DNA from: Dictyostelium discoideum
Lineage: Eukaryota
Direction of reading: 5' to 3'
DNA length: 64,000 nucleotides
Assembly: GCA_000004695.1 (NCBI GenBank)
Contig: CM000154.2
Span: 32,001 to 96,000 of the forward strand
A model generated the notes under the pieces. It made no database searches. It had not been told where the DNA came from and saw nothing but the letters and a program-made list of their open reading frames with translations. Of the stretch, positions 24,993 through 42,320 are shown one piece after another. Position 1 is the stretch's first letter; each line of letters begins with the position of its first letter. Both the position numbers and the translations under genes were made by a program.

Positions 24993-25143
24993 TACCATTA
25001 TCTTCATAAGTTGAGTGAAAAATAGATAATGGCAATGGGATTGGTGTATTATTGTTGTTATTACTATAATTATTATAATAATTAGTTTTTGAACCTGGTG
25101 ATTTTGATGGTGATCTTAATTTCTTTTCATATTCTGAATGAAA

Positions 25144-25146
<3 letters not shown>
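22882..25146 (-). CDS. cdh1: APC/C co-activator Cdh1/Fizzy-related (FZR1) homologue, single long exon with poly-Asn/Thr/Gln inserts
   Basis: C-box DRFIP near the N-terminus, seven WD40 repeats with strong identity to human FZR1 ('RGLLASGGGTHDKCIRFWNTTTGQ...[33 protein letters not shown]...[33 protein letters not shown]'), and a terminal IR dipeptide. Confidence 0.85.
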
Positions 25147-25188
<42 letters not shown>

Positions 25189-25366
25189 CCTGTTTTGTTA
25201 CAAAAAAGTAAACAGATAATTTTTTTTTTTTTTTTTGAATATTTATATTTTGTATTTAATAATTTTTTGATAAAAAGTGAAAAAAAGAAAAATATGAAGG
25301 GGTTTTTTCCTTTAATTATTAAAAAAAAAAAAAATGGAAAAATTGGAAATTAAATTAAATTTTTTT

Positions 25367-25415
<49 letters not shown>

Positions 25416-26158
25416 TTATTAATTAAATAAAAAAAAAAAAAAATAGATATACTGAAGTTTTTATTATTACTGTTTAGGAATTATTTTTATTATTTTTTTT
25501 TTCTTTTTTTTTTTTTTTTAATATTATTGTTTGTAATTTTTTATTATTTTTATTATTATTATTATTATTATTATTTAAATGTTTTTTTTTTATCTGTATA
25601 TGAAAAGGCACAATAAGGTGGTGAAATATCTTGTTTTGAGGTGTTCACTATATCTTTGAAAATTGTAAAAAAATTTAAAAAAAATAAAAAAAAAAAATAA
25701 AAAAATTAAAAAAAAATAAAAAAAATTTAATTTCAAATATTGATATGGTAGACCACAAAAAAAATAAAAAAAAAAAAAAATATAAAAAAAAATAAAAAAA
25801 AAAAATAAAAAAAAAAAATAATTGAAAAAAAAAAAAAAAAAATCAAATAAATAATTTAAATTTAATTTAATAAACAGTTCAATAAAAATAGTAATTTAAG
25901 ATTATTTATTATATTAAAATCTTCTTTTTCCTTTAATTTTTTATTTTATTATTTTTCACAGATTTTATTATAAATAATAATAAATTGTTATCTAAAATAA
26001 GTGAAAAGAAGAAAGTAGAAATACTTTTTAAATTAATATTAATCTTTATTATCTAATCATTTACTTTTTTATATAAATTTAGAATCCCATAATGATCATT
26101 GGTCAGGTTTTTTTTTTTTTTTTTTTTTTTAAGATTTTAATATTGGTTTAAACATTTT

Positions 26159-26193
<35 letters not shown>

Positions 26194-26444
26194 AATTTTT
26201 ATAATATTATGGTCGATTTTGAATTCTATCAAAGGACATCTTTCGGTAAAGAAAATATCATTTGATATAAAAAAACCTCTTTATCATATTTTAATCCATA
26301 AAAAGAGATTTTTTTTTAAAATCTAATAATTTCCCTAAACTTTTTTTTCAAAAAAAAAAATATTAAATTAAATTTTGTTCCCTTAACTTTTTGAAAAAAA
26401 AAAAAAACAAAAAAAAAAAAATAAAAATTTCCATTCCAAACCAA

Positions 26445-26478
<34 letters not shown>

Positions 26479-26744
26479 CTCCAAACAATGTTTCATATTT
26501 TCATTTTTTTTATTTTCATTTTTTTTTTTTTTATTAAAAAGAGTAACAATATGGTAAAAAAAAAAGATTTCCTTTAAAATTTTAAACTATTTAAAAAAAA
26601 AAAAATCATTTTCTTAACCACAAGGATTATTAATAATTAACCAATAAAAATAAATAAAAATAAAAAATAAAAACAAATAGAATCAAAGTACTATAATTTT
26701 ATAAAAATAAAAATAAAAATAATAATAAATAATAATAAATAAAA

Positions 26745-27640
26745 ATGGATTTTAAAAATAATAATAACAGTAATAATGATTATGATTTTTCATTATTAAT
26801 TTTAAAAGATAAAAAAGTGAATATTGAATTAGAATGGCCATTTCAAGTGAATAAAATATCAGATGCTTATAAGAATAAAAAAATTGATAGAGAAACTTTA
26901 ATAAAACATTTAAATATTTTAGTTGGTGATAAAACTGATTATTATTTAAAGATAATTGAAGAAAATCCTGAAGTTTCTTCACTACCAATAGATTTTAATT
27001 TACAAGCTACTCTATCAAGAACTCAAGAATTATTTGATGAATATCAAAAAACAATTCAACTTTTACAAATTCAAAATAAACAACAACAACAACAGCAACA
27101 GCAACAACAACAACAACAGCAACAACAACAACAAAATCAAAAACAAAATAATCAACAAAAAAATCAACAAAATAAATCTACAACAACAACATCATCATCA
27201 AAAATATCGACAAATTCACCAAATATAAATCAAAATGATTTATGTTGTAAATGTAAATCAATTTTTGGTAAAGAAGTTTATCAATTCAATTTATTTGAAT
27301 ATTTAGGAAAATATAGTAATGATCATAAAATGACTGATTATTGCACTGAAGCATGCTGTTTTCATATTGTTAAAAAGTATCAAGAAGTTATTGAATATGC
27401 AAATAACAGAATATTCTTTTATAAATCTTTAAAAACTGAAAATGGATGTTACAATGGTTGTAATGTTGGATTTGTTGAATTTTATCAATATATAAATTGT
27501 TTAATTCCTTCAATTGCTCCATTATTTAAAAAGGTATTATTTAAAATAATAATTTTATTTTTTAATAATAATAAAAAAAAAAAAAAAAAAAAAAACCACT
27601 ATATTAATTCTATTTTACTTTTTTTTTTTTTTTTCCATTT

Positions 27641-27673
<33 letters not shown>

Positions 27674-27872
27674 CCATCCAAATTTAAAAATAAAATAATA
27701 AAATTATTTAATTAAAATAAAGGTTGAAGATTCTATTAAATTTAAAATAAGAAATAAAAAATTAACAATTAATAAAGAAACTACAAATAATCAATCACTT
27801 TATGGTTTGTATTGGTCTACAAATAATATGATATCTTATGAAATCAATTCAAATACTCCCATTGAAGAATAA
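26745..27872 (+). CDS. hypothetical protein, 2 exons (26745..about 27533, 27721..27872), with poly-Gln tract and a Cys-rich C-terminal region (CCKCKS...CTEACC...CYNGC)
   Basis: The listed ORF runs into a T-rich intron after '...APLFKK|GTATTATT'. The downstream exon after a TAAAG acceptor continues in frame (VEDSIKFKIRNKKLTINKETTNNQSLYGLYWSTNNMISYEINSNTPIEE*). Confidence 0.5.
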
Positions 27873-28362
27873 ATATTATATATATATTGATATACCAAAA
27901 AAATGTAAATAATTAAGTAAAATAAATGTAAATAAGATTTGTATACATCATGTTTATTATTTTTAATAATTTTGAGTTTTAACGATATAAATTATTATCA
28001 GTAAGGGTGGTTTATTTATATTTTTTTCTTTTTTTTTATTCCAATGTTTATAAAAAATTAAATAATTAAAAAGAGTTTAAAAAAAAAAAATAATAATTTT
28101 CCAAGGAAATAAAAAAACAATAACAATGAAAATTTATTTAAAAAAAAAAAAAAAAATAAGGCGATCATCATAATTTGAATTGTTTTAATTTCTTTTTTTA
28201 ATAATTTTTAATTTTTATTTTTAATTTTTATTTTTAATTTTTTTTTTTTTTTTTCAACTTTTTTTTTTTTAATCTTCAACTTTTTTTTTTTTTTTTTTTT
28301 TTTAATTTTTCATTTTCACAAATTATTCACAAAATAGAAATCATAATAGAAAAAAAAAAAAG

Positions 28363-28874
28363 ATGTCGACTTTAGAATCGCAACAACAAAATCTTTCAGC
28401 ATTACAAAGATTAGATAGTAAGATATGTGGTGTTTTAGGAACATCAACACATGTAACTGCCTATAAATTTGATGAATCTGTTAAACAATGGGTAATTTAT
28501 TTATTTTTTTATTAATATTTTTAATTATATATATAAATAATAATACTAACATTTAAGGATTTATATAAAAATTTTTAGTTTAGAAAAGATATAGAAGGTT
28601 CATTATTTATAGTGAACACAACAGAATATCCATATTGTAAATTAATTGTAATGAATAGATTAAGCACAAAGAATTTAGTAGAAGAGATTAATGAAAAGAT
28701 TGTTATTAGAATTCAAGGTCAATATTTAATATATAAAAATAAAAGTGGTGAAATCAATGGTATTTGGTTTTATGAAGTAACTGATCAAGAAAAGATTTAT
28801 AATTTATTAAAAGATCTTCAAAGGAATCCACCACAACCACCACAAATACAACAACAACCACAACCACAACAACC

Positions 28875-28908
<34 letters not shown>

Positions 28909-29526
28909 CCACCACAACCACAACAACAACCACCACAACAAATGCAACAACAACCTCCAGGTACTATGTCACCACAAGGTATGATACCACCTCCAGGTTT
29001 TATAATTCCACAAGGTGGTATACCTCCTCATCCACAATTTATGCCTCAATCTCATGTTTATCCATATATGATGCAACCACAACAAATTCAACCAAATTAT
29101 AATAATAATAGTAGTAATAATAATAATAATAATAATAATAGTAGTAATAATAACAGTAGTAATAATAATAATAGTAATCCACCAACACCAAACAAACAAA
29201 ATATAAATGATACACCAATTACGCCAAATACAATAATAAATCAAATTCAACAAAATTCAACCCAATCAAACAATAGTAATAATATCAATAATAATAATAA
29301 TAGTAATAATATCAATAATAATAGCAAAACTACTCCATATTCAACCACTCCACAACAATTATCACCAACAATTAAAAAAGAAGTACCACTATTATCAGTA
29401 TTAATGAATTCAGTTGTAGTTAAAGAGAATACAATAACAAAAGATCAAATTAGAGAAACCTTAAAAAGATTAGTGAATGATGAAAACTTTATTGATTTAG
29501 TTTATAACTCTTACATTAATGAATAA
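28363..29526 (+). CDS. dcp1: mRNA-decapping protein Dcp1 homologue (EVH1-like N-terminal domain) with long Pro/Gln- and Asn-rich tail; 2 exons: 28363..28491, 28579..29526
   Basis: Spliced N-terminus MSTLESQQQNLSALQRLDSKICGVLGTSTHVTAYKFDESVKQW|FRKDIEGSLFIVNTTEYPYCKLIVMNRLSTKNLVEEI...GIWFYEVTDQEKI aligns block-for-block with human DCP1A (NLAALKQHDPYIT...ALYTF...WEKTDIEGTLFVYRR...GFTIVNRLNMHNLVEPV...IWFYD). Intron GTAATT...TTTTAG. Confidence 0.8.
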
Positions 29527-29592
29527 ATTTGTAATTGTTTTTTAAATAACCAAATAAAATAAAATAGAATAAAAATAAATTAATGATTTCAT

Positions 29593-29627
<35 letters not shown>

Positions 29628-29688
29628 TTTAGAATATTCATTCTTATTATTAATATTATTGTTATTTTATTTTAATTTTTTTAATTTT

Positions 29689-31115
29689 TTAATTATTTAT
29701 TGGACCAATTAAAATTGCTTTTACCATTGAACCTTTTTCTAAATGACCATGTTTTTGAGGTAATACTAATAAAGCATTTGCTTGTTTTAAACTTAGTAAA
29801 CGACAAGATGCTTGTGAACCAGTACTTTTTGAGACAAAACAATGCTCTTGGAAATCCCATTCTATAGTACAACGATGATATTCTGGTCTTTCATGATCCA
29901 ATTGAATTCTATCCAATAGTTTAACTTCAACACATGGTAAATTCAATTGTGAACCATTATTTTTAATTCCAAATCCACCTAATTTACGAAGTGCAGGTAC
30001 GACGAATAAATAAAATGTTACAACTGTACTAACTGGATTACCTGGTAATGAAAATACTAAAGTTGTTTTCTTCTTCTTCTCCTCCTCTTGATTATTATTA
30101 TCGGTAGTAGTGGTGGTTATAGTTGAAAATGTTAAAGGTTTACCAGGTTTCATATTTACTCTACCAAAATGAACGGTACCAATTTTTTCTAATAATGGTT
30201 TAACTAAATCTAAATGACCCATTGAAACACCACCACTTGTAATGATGATATCAGATTTCTTTGAGCAATCTAATAGAGTGTCTTTTAAATTCTCCAATTT
30301 ATCAGGTATAATACCAACGAGGTTAATATTATCTCTTGAACAACATTCACCGAAATGATTTGAAATCTCTTGAAGAATAGTTGCTAAAGTTGGTGAATTA
30401 CTATCTCTAATGATACCACTCTTCATTGAATCACTCTTACTTTGATAATCTGTTAATTCATCACCAGTTGAAATGATTGAAATACTTGGTAACTTTGGAC
30501 AATGAACCCATTGAATACCAAGTGTTGCCAATAAACCAATCTCTGCACAACCAATTTTATCACCTTTATTCAATACAATCGTACCAGATGCTATATCACT
30601 ACCAATCTCTCTAATGTCTTGACCAGGTTTACATGTTACTTCAATACTAACCATATTTTCACCAATCATCTCTGTTTCTTCAATCATTACAACTGAATCA
30701 TAACCATCTGGTATCTTTGCACCAGTAGTAATACGTACACAATATTTTTCATTATCATCATCATTAATAGAATTAGTTGGTTGTTGTGGTTGTGGTGGTA
30801 TTAAATTTTCACCAGTATTACCAGCAACTGAATCACCTAATAATCTATATTTACCAATACCATCTTTTGATCTAATTGCATAACCATCCTTTATTGATGC
30901 TCTAAAATTTGGAAATGGTTCAACTGATGATATATCTTCACCTAAAATTCTACCTAATGATTTTGTAATTTCAACTTTTTCTAATTCATTATTAATATTA
31001 TCACATTGTTCTAATATTATTTTAATAGCTTCATCAACTGGTGTCATATTATAACTTGAGCCTCTTTTACCTGATCCACCACATGAATGATGATGATGAT
31101 GATGATGATTATGAC

Positions 31116-31167
<52 letters not shown>

Positions 31168-31844
31168 TTGATTATTTTGATTAATAATTAAATTTGAATC
31201 AATTTGTGAATTTTTAATATAATCTTTTGATCTATGAGATTCTGGTAATGATGATTTTGGTTTTGAATTAATTAAACCAATTGCATGAGGAATTGCAGGT
31301 AAAACAACACCTAAATTTTCACGAATTGCTTTAACACTACCAGGTAGAGTGATGATAAGAGTTTGGTCACGAATACCTGCTATTGGACGTGATAACATTG
31401 CATGTGGTGTAATATCTAAACTTGTTTTTAACATTGCAATTTCAATACCTTTAGTTCTACGATTTAATAATGGTTTAATTGCTTCTGGTGTAACATCACG
31501 TGGTGTAAATCCTGTACCACCAGTAGTGAGAATTAATTTATATTTTAAATGAGTCCATTGAGTTATCATTTGTTGAATATGTTCAATTTCGTCTGGTACA
31601 ACTTTATAAACTGTAATAACATTGATTGAACAACTCTCTCCCATCATTTGTTTCAATTGATTCTTTATGATTGCAACAATCTCTGGTCCTGATTGATCAA
31701 TTGCAATACCTTGACTAACTCTATCACTTGTTGTTAAAACACCAACTATCCATTCTTCTTCTTTTTTACCACTCTCTTTTTCATTCAATTGTGCTGCTGT
31801 TGGTGAATTAGTTATATTTCTTTCGGTTGTTAATGTATTTGACA

Positions 31845-31899
<55 letters not shown>

Positions 31900-32052
31900 T
31901 CCTTTTTTAGTGTTATTGTTTTCACTGTTATTTACACTCTCACCCTTATTATTATAATTATTATTATTATTAACAGTATCAGTACTTTTTTGACCCCCAA
32001 GTTGATTATTACTACTCTCTTTTGTGTTTATATTTTCCCAAAAAGAAAACAT
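29689..32052 (-). CDS. gphn: gephyrin / molybdopterin adenylyl- and molybdenum-transferase (MogA-like G domain + MoeA-like E domain), single exon
   Basis: G-domain 'VGVLTTSDRVSQG...LILTTGGTGFTPRDVTPEA' followed by linker with His/Asn runs, then E-domain 'MTPVDEAIKIIL...FPNFRASIKDGYAIRS...' and the C-terminal MoeA region. Confidence 0.85.
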
Positions 32053-33048
32053 TCGGTATCCAAATCTGTGAAATTAAGAAAAAAATTTTAATTAAAAAAA
32101 AAAAAAAAAAATAAAAAAAAAAATAAAAAAAAAAAAAAATAAATAAAAAAAGTAATTATCCAAAAAAAAAATATTTAAAAATAAACAAAAAATTTATAAA
32201 TTTGGTCAATTGATTAAATCTATTATACACCCATTTGCAAATTAATTTGGTGATATTATTATTTAAATATATTAAATTATTATTTTTTTTATTTTATTTT
32301 ATTTTTTTTTATTTTTTTATTTTTGATAATTTTAAAAAAAAAAAAAAATATTTTATTCAAATCCAAATTTCTTTTTATTATTTTATATTTTTTTAAATTA
32401 AAAATTAAACAATTAAACTTTATATAAACAAATATTTTTTAAATTTTTTAAAATAATAAAAAATATAAAATATAAAACAATAGAAATAAATAAAATAATT
32501 AAAAATGGGTAATTATTATTTTTTTTTTATTTTTTTTATTATTTTAAAAAACAAATAATTTTTATATTAATTTTTTAAAAATTTATAAAAAAAAAAAATA
32601 TATTATTATTATTATTATAGAACTATTAAATAAAAGCATATCTGTAGTGAAGAATGTAGTGTGTAACTTTTTATTTGAAAAAATTAAAATTGATGAAAAT
32701 ATCAATATTGATGGAATTGACAGTGGCCCGGGAATGTCAAAAAGGTTAACTACCTCAACAAATATCAATGTAGTTTTGGTTTTAATTATTGCATTAATAA
32801 TTTTCATTTTAATGTTAGATGGGGTGTAACTTTTATTTTAAAAGAAAATGATATTTTCAATTTGCCATCAACAAATCTCTTCTTATTCAATTTATTAAAA
32901 TTAAATAATCTAAAAAAAAAAAATAAAAAAATAAAAAATAAAATTAAATAAAATAGTCTTTTTAAAATTTTAGAATTTTATTTTTATAAATCTTTTTTTT
33001 TATTATTATTTTAATTTATTGATTAATATTTTTATTTTATTTATTATT

Positions 33049-33083
<35 letters not shown>

Positions 33084-33401
33084 CTAAGAATTTCTAATTG
33101 AGTATTCTTGTAAGGAATTTCTTTTTATTTTTCCAGAAGAGAAAATACTTTTAATAAAACTATTATTTGATTTGACTAATGTTGGATCATCATTTTCTTG
33201 ATTGTTACTTTTAGATGATAATGTTGGTGATGGTATTAAAATTGGTGATGATATTGATCTTCCAGATTCTGAAACCAATGAAGTTTTAATTTCATTTCTA
33301 CCAATTGGTGATGATGATGAAGATGATGAAGAAGAAGTTATTATAATTGGTGATAGATTTAGATTATTTTGTAAATCTAAATCATTTTGAATCGATGTAA
33401 A

Positions 33402-33494
<93 letters not shown>

Positions 33495-33611
33495 ATTATT
33501 ATTATTATTATTAATATTTAAATCTTCGCCATTATCTTCACCATTCTCATCATCATCATTATCATTATCATTATCATTATCATTATCATTATCATTATCA
33601 TTATCATCATC

Positions 33612-33642
<31 letters not shown>

Positions 33643-34508
33643 ATAATATTATCATCAAGTTGATTATCAATTTCTTCATCAAAATCAAAACTCTTATATT
33701 GATTATGATCTCTCCAATTTCCGATATATTTATTTTTTGATAAAATTGAATATCCATCATCTTGGTCATAAAATTCATTTATCTCTCTAAATGGTGGAAT
33801 TTCTATTGTATGTTCAAATTTTTGTGGTTCAATTGAAAATAGATATTTTTTGAATTTAGCACTATTATCATCATCACTACTACCATTATCATTATTTGTT
33901 GATGAATCTATTTTTGGTGGTGGTAGTGAAGAAACTGATTTGGGTGTTGGTTTGGTTGGTTTTGACTTTTTTTTATCATTTTTTATTCCTTTTTTTTTAT
34001 TCTTTTCTTTTAGTTGATGTTGCTATTATTTATTATGTTATAATTATTATTTTAATGTTAGTAGACTAAAAAAAATAAAAAATAAAAAAATAATCTTCCT
34101 ATCCTCATTTTTATTATGTCATTATTATTTTTTTTTTTTTTTTTATAAATTTAAATAAAATTTTATATTATTAAATGAATCTTTATTTGTTTCTTTTTAT
34201 TATTTTTATTCTTTTTTTTTTTTCTTATACACAATTTATTATAATATATGGTTGGAAGGGTATAAAAAAAAAAAAAATAACAACAAAATTTATTTAAGAA
34301 AATAAAAAAATTAATTTTCCTTTTTCTAATACTGTATTATATTTTTTTTTTAAAAAAAAAATATATGGATAAAAATAATAATTATATGATTATATTATAT
34401 ATGAATTATATGATTATATTATATATGAATATATAAGGTTTGAAATTATTAATATGAATTTAAAATTATTTGTGTCAAAGAGGATGGAAATAGAAAAATA
34501 TATAGATA

Positions 34509-34540
<32 letters not shown>

Positions 34541-35106
34541 TTTTAAATATTTTTTTTTAATTAATTTATACTTACAACTTTCTTTTTTGAAGTTGATGAA
34601 ATTGGTGTCATTTTATTTTTACCATCAACACTATCATGTTTCATTAATTTACTTGGTTTCTTTGGTTTATTTTTTTTATTATTTACTTGATCATCACTTG
34701 AATCATCATCTTCAGCATCATCATCTTCATCATCTTCACTAAAATTTTCAACATCAGAAAACGAAGAGACTTGATTCCTATTGATTTTTTCATACTCTTT
34801 CTTTAAAATATTATTTATACTATAATCTAAACTACCATCCATATTATCACTACTACTACCACCACCCATACCACCATCATGGATATTACTACTATTATTA
34901 TTATTAAAACCATTGCTTGTTTGCTTTTTTTGTGCATCTTTTTGTTGTTTAACTGATTGATTTGATTGTTGAACTAATAAATTTATATTCTTTGGTGTTA
35001 ACTTTTTTTCTTTTTTCTTTGAACCACTCTTTTTTTCAAAACTTGACATATCAATTGGTTGAATCGAGCCATCGGACTGAACTATGCCACCATGTTCTTC
35101 AATCAT
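33084..35106 (-). CDS. low-complexity Lys/Asp/Asn-rich protein, 2 exons (34570..35106 and 33084..34021)
   Basis: Exon 1 MIEEHGG...SKKKV|GTAAGT; acceptor AATAG at about 34022. Exon 2 QHQLKEKNKKKGIKNDKKKSKPTKPTPKSVSSLPPPKIDSS... continues in one frame through (DN)n hexanucleotide repeats and a long (AAT)n tract to the stop at 33084. Confidence 0.5.
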
Positions 35107-35376
35107 CTATTAATTTATTTATTTAATTATTAAAAAATTAAAAAATAATATGTGATTAAAAAAATTAAAAATTAAAAAAAAAATAAAAAAAAAAAAGTAA
35201 TAAGAAAAATAAAAAAAAAATAATTAAATTAATAAATAATAATTTAATTAATAATAAAAAATAAAAACAAAAAAAAAAAGAACAAAATTAAAAAATAAAA
35301 TAACTGTAGGTTAGTATTTGTTTTCTTACATTTTTTTTTTTTTTCACTCTAAAATATATTTTGTTTTTTGTTTTTT

Positions 35377-35415
<39 letters not shown>

Positions 35416-35475
35416 GGTACATATTATATAAATAATTTATTATTATTATTATGATTATTATTACTATTGTTATTG

Positions 35476-35539
<64 letters not shown>

Positions 35540-35580
35540 TATTATTATTATTATTTATTATTATTATTATTTATTATTAT

Positions 35581-35612
35581 TATTATGGTTATGGTTATGG
35601 TTATGGTTATGG

Positions 35613-35616
<4 letters not shown>
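35581..35616. repeat. (GGTTAT)6 hexanucleotide tandem repeat immediately 3' of the CDCA7-like gene
   Basis: Six perfect units read directly from the sequence. Confidence 0.9.
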
Positions 35617-37799
<2,183 letters not shown>

Positions 37800-38198
37800 T
37801 TAATATTATTTTTATTATTATTTTTATTTTCCTATTTATTAAAAAAAAAAAAAAAATTAGAATTAATGTTTATTTTTTTTTTTTTTTTCAAAAGTAAAAA
37901 GAAAGAAAATATAAGTGGGTATTGAAAAAAAAAAAAAAAAAATTTATTGTTTTGGAAAAAAGACAAATTGAGAGAGTATTAAAAAGGGTGTGGGTGGGGA
38001 AAAAAAAAAAAAAAAAAAAGTGTTAAAGGAGGTGTGAATTTCTTTGTGAAAAAAAAAAAAAAAATGGATGTTTTGGATCAAATGAAAAAATGTTAACTTG
38101 CTTTTTTTTCTTATATTTCTTTTTTTTTTGTCTACTTGTTTTTTTTATTATTTCTGCTTTTGCAACAGATTACCACAACATTTATTAAACAAAGTATT

Positions 38199-38229
<31 letters not shown>

Positions 38230-38800
38230 TGGAAAAAAAAAAAATTTTAAAATTAAAAAAAAAAAAAAAATAAATAAAATTAAAAAAAAAATTATATTGA
38301 AATTTTCAAACGAGTGTAGTTTAATATAAAATAAAAAAAAAAAATAAAAAAAAATTAAATTTTTTTAATAGATATTTACCCTAGTGCTTTTTTTCTTTAT
38401 TTTTTATTTTTTCTTTATAAAAATTTTTTTTTTTCTTGCTTTGAATGATAAAATGATGGTACAAGTACTTTTACTTTTAATATTAACTTATTATTTTAAA
38501 ATTGTTGTTTGAGATTATTTTTTTTTTTTACTTTATTGTTTTTTTTATTTTTTTTTTTTTTTTTTATATTATTAATTTAATAAATTTTATTACTATAGTA
38601 TATTTTTATTTTTTTTTTATTTTATTAATTTAATAAATTTTTTTATATTAATATACATAAATTTGGGTGTAGAAATTATAAATGTACAATTAAAAAATCA
38701 AAAAAACAACTAAATAAAGAAAACAAAAGAAATAAACAAATTAACAAGAAAAAAATAGAATCAAATGTTGTTTGCAAAAAAAAATAAAAAAATAAAATAG

Positions 38801-38858
<58 letters not shown>

Positions 38859-39179
38859 TTCGTGCTGAATGCGAAAGTGGAAGCAGTTGGAAAAAAAAAA
38901 ACTAAAAAAAAACTAAAAAAAAAATAAAAAAATAAAAAAAATAAAATGTATAACTGCTAAAAAAAAAAAAAAAAATATATTGGACCAACTAATGGGGAAC
39001 CAAAAAAAAAAAAAAAAAAAAAAAAAAAATAAATAAAAATAAAATATGAAAATAATAACTTTTTTTTTTTTTTTTTACTAATTTATTTGATCATTTATTT
39101 ACAATTACTTTTTTCTTTTCTTTTGTACTGATTCATTATCTAATTCTTAAATTTGGTTTGTTTAAAAAAAAAAAAAAAA

Positions 39180-39202
39180 AAAAATTTTAAAAGGTTAGAA
39201 AG

Positions 39203-39242
<40 letters not shown>

Positions 39243-39812
39243 CCTAAAAAAAAAAAAATTATTTTTTTTAAAAAAAGGGGGGTGGTTAATATTTTTTTAA
39301 AAAGTTTTAAAAAAAATTTTGGGGGGGGGTAAATAAAACAAATTTAAAAATTTTTTTTTTTCCCAAATTTAAATTTAAAATTAAAAAAAAAAAAAAAAAA
39401 AAAACCCTTCAAAATTTTTGGAAAAAAAAAAAAAAAAAAAACCCCTCCCCCTTTTTTTTTTTGTTTTATGGGAATTTCCCTTTGGAAAATTTTTAAATTA
39501 AAAAAAATGGGGGGGGGGTTCTCCCCAAAATTTTTTTTTTAAAAAAAAAAAAAAAATGGGGGGGGTAATTTTTTTAAATTTTNAAAAAAAAAAAAAAAAA
39601 AAAAATTGTTTCCCCCCTTATTTTGTTTTCCAAGGAAGAAAATGGGGGAAAACCCCCTGGGTTGGGAAAAACCCAAAAAAAGAATTTTAAATTTTTTTTT
39701 TTTTTTTTTTTTTAAAAAAAAGGGGGGAAAAAGGAAAAAATTTGGAATTTTTTTAAAAAGGGAAAAAAATTTTTTTTTTTCAAAAAAAAATTTAAATTTT
39801 TATTTTCCCCCC

Positions 39813-39877
<65 letters not shown>

Positions 39878-39880
39878 TAC
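39180..39880. other. probable low-quality / mis-called sequence: poly-A/T interspersed with G7-10 and C5-6 homopolymer runs and one N (39583)
   Basis: Runs such as 'aaaaagggggggtgg', 'ttttgggggggggtaaat' and 'aaaaaccccctcccccttttt' are unlike anything else in the window (G/C homopolymers are otherwise absent). They lie where the downstream exons of the C1D gene should be. Confidence 0.5.
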
Positions 39881-40070
39881 TAAAAAATAATGAATTTAAA
39901 GCATATGCAACAGTGATATTTAATTTAGCATTTTCAATTGGAGTTAATGATGCTTGGTGTTCTTTTAATGGTACTTTAAAAAATGGTTCCAATTGTGATT
40001 CTAATTTATCTAATACATTTTCAAAATTTGTTATATCTTGTTTGATATCAGCTGGTAAATCTGATGACAT
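39881..40070 (-). CDS. first exon of nuclear exosome cofactor C1D/Rrp47 (Sas10/C1D domain) homologue; remainder of the gene not recoverable
   Basis: MSSDLPADIKQDITNFENVLDKLESQLEPFFKVPLKEHQASLTPIENAKLNITVAYALNSLFF|GTAAGT resembles human C1D '...[25 protein letters not shown]'. The donor GTAAGT at 39875..39880 is followed by the garbled region. Confidence 0.55.
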
Positions 40071-40819
40071 TTTTATAGTGTGGATGGTATTTTTATTTTA
40101 AAATATATATTATTTACGATTAAAATTTTTTTTTTTTTTATTTTGTTTTTGTTTTTGTTTTTGTTTTTGAATTGTTATTTTTTATTTTTTTTATTTTATA
40201 TTTCTTTTGGTTCAGTTATTTTGTTTTTTTTTTTTTTTCCCAACGACACTCGTATCTTTTTTTTCTTATGTTTAAGATTGTTGGAAGTGATAAAAAACTT
40301 TTTTCGTTTTTTCAAAAATAAAAATAAAAAAAAAAAAAAAAAAAAAAAAAATTTGTTCGTTATTTTTTTTTTTTTGCGAAATTATTCTTTTAAATATTTA
40401 AAAACAATTTTTTATTTTTTCTTTTTTCTTTTTTCTTTTTTTTGATTTGAAAGATTGATATTATCCACCAAATATTAAAAGAAATTTTTTTAAAAAAGGG
40501 CAGGGGTGATTTATTTTTAAACAATCTTTTAAACAAATAAAAAAAAAAAATATAATATTTAAAAATAAACAATATTCATACCACCCGATAATTTCAAAAA
40601 AAAAAAAAAAAAAAAAAAATAAAAATTTTAAAAAAATAAAAATAAAATTTAATTTAAAAAACTTTTTTTTTTTTTTTTTTACCAACACACACCCTATCTT
40701 TTAAACGATTTAATCACACACACACACTCACAAAACCCTCTCCCCACACACACATACACGCCAACACACACACGACACTCGAAAATTTACAAAATAGATA
40801 TTAAACCAAATCAACAAAG

Positions 40820-42155
<1,336 letters not shown>

Positions 42156-42320
42156 AGAAATTATAAATAATAACAATGATCGAATAATTAAAAATTAAAT
42201 TAAATAAAAAAAAAAAAACACACCTGTACAAAGTAAATTATAAATTATTATTATTATTATTTTTTTATTTTATTTAATTCATATTACAAATAATTTTATT
42301 TTATTTTATTTTATTTAATT

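Noticed and set aside
23385-25009. ORFs 23385..23678 +, 23877..24176 +, 24183..24365 -, 24227..24562 +, 24806..25009 + (poly-Val/Leu/Ile 'proteins')
   Set aside because: They are antisense or out-of-frame translations of the Asn/Thr/Gln codon repeats inside the Cdh1 gene (22882..25146 -).
33518-33778. ORF 33518..33778 (-) 'MIMIMIM…'
   Set aside because: Wrong frame of the (GATAAT)n hexamer repeat. The frame encoding (DN)n is continuous with the flanking exon of the 33084..35106 gene and is the plausible one.
39606-40688. ORFs 39606..39890 +, 39913..40101 +, 40080..40445 +, 40390..40572 -, 40461..40688 - in the C1D/WDR5 intergenic and garbled region
   Set aside because: Poly-Phe/Lys translations of homopolymer spacer and of the low-quality stretch. 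39913..40101 (+) is antisense to the C1D exon 1, which has the recognisable domain.
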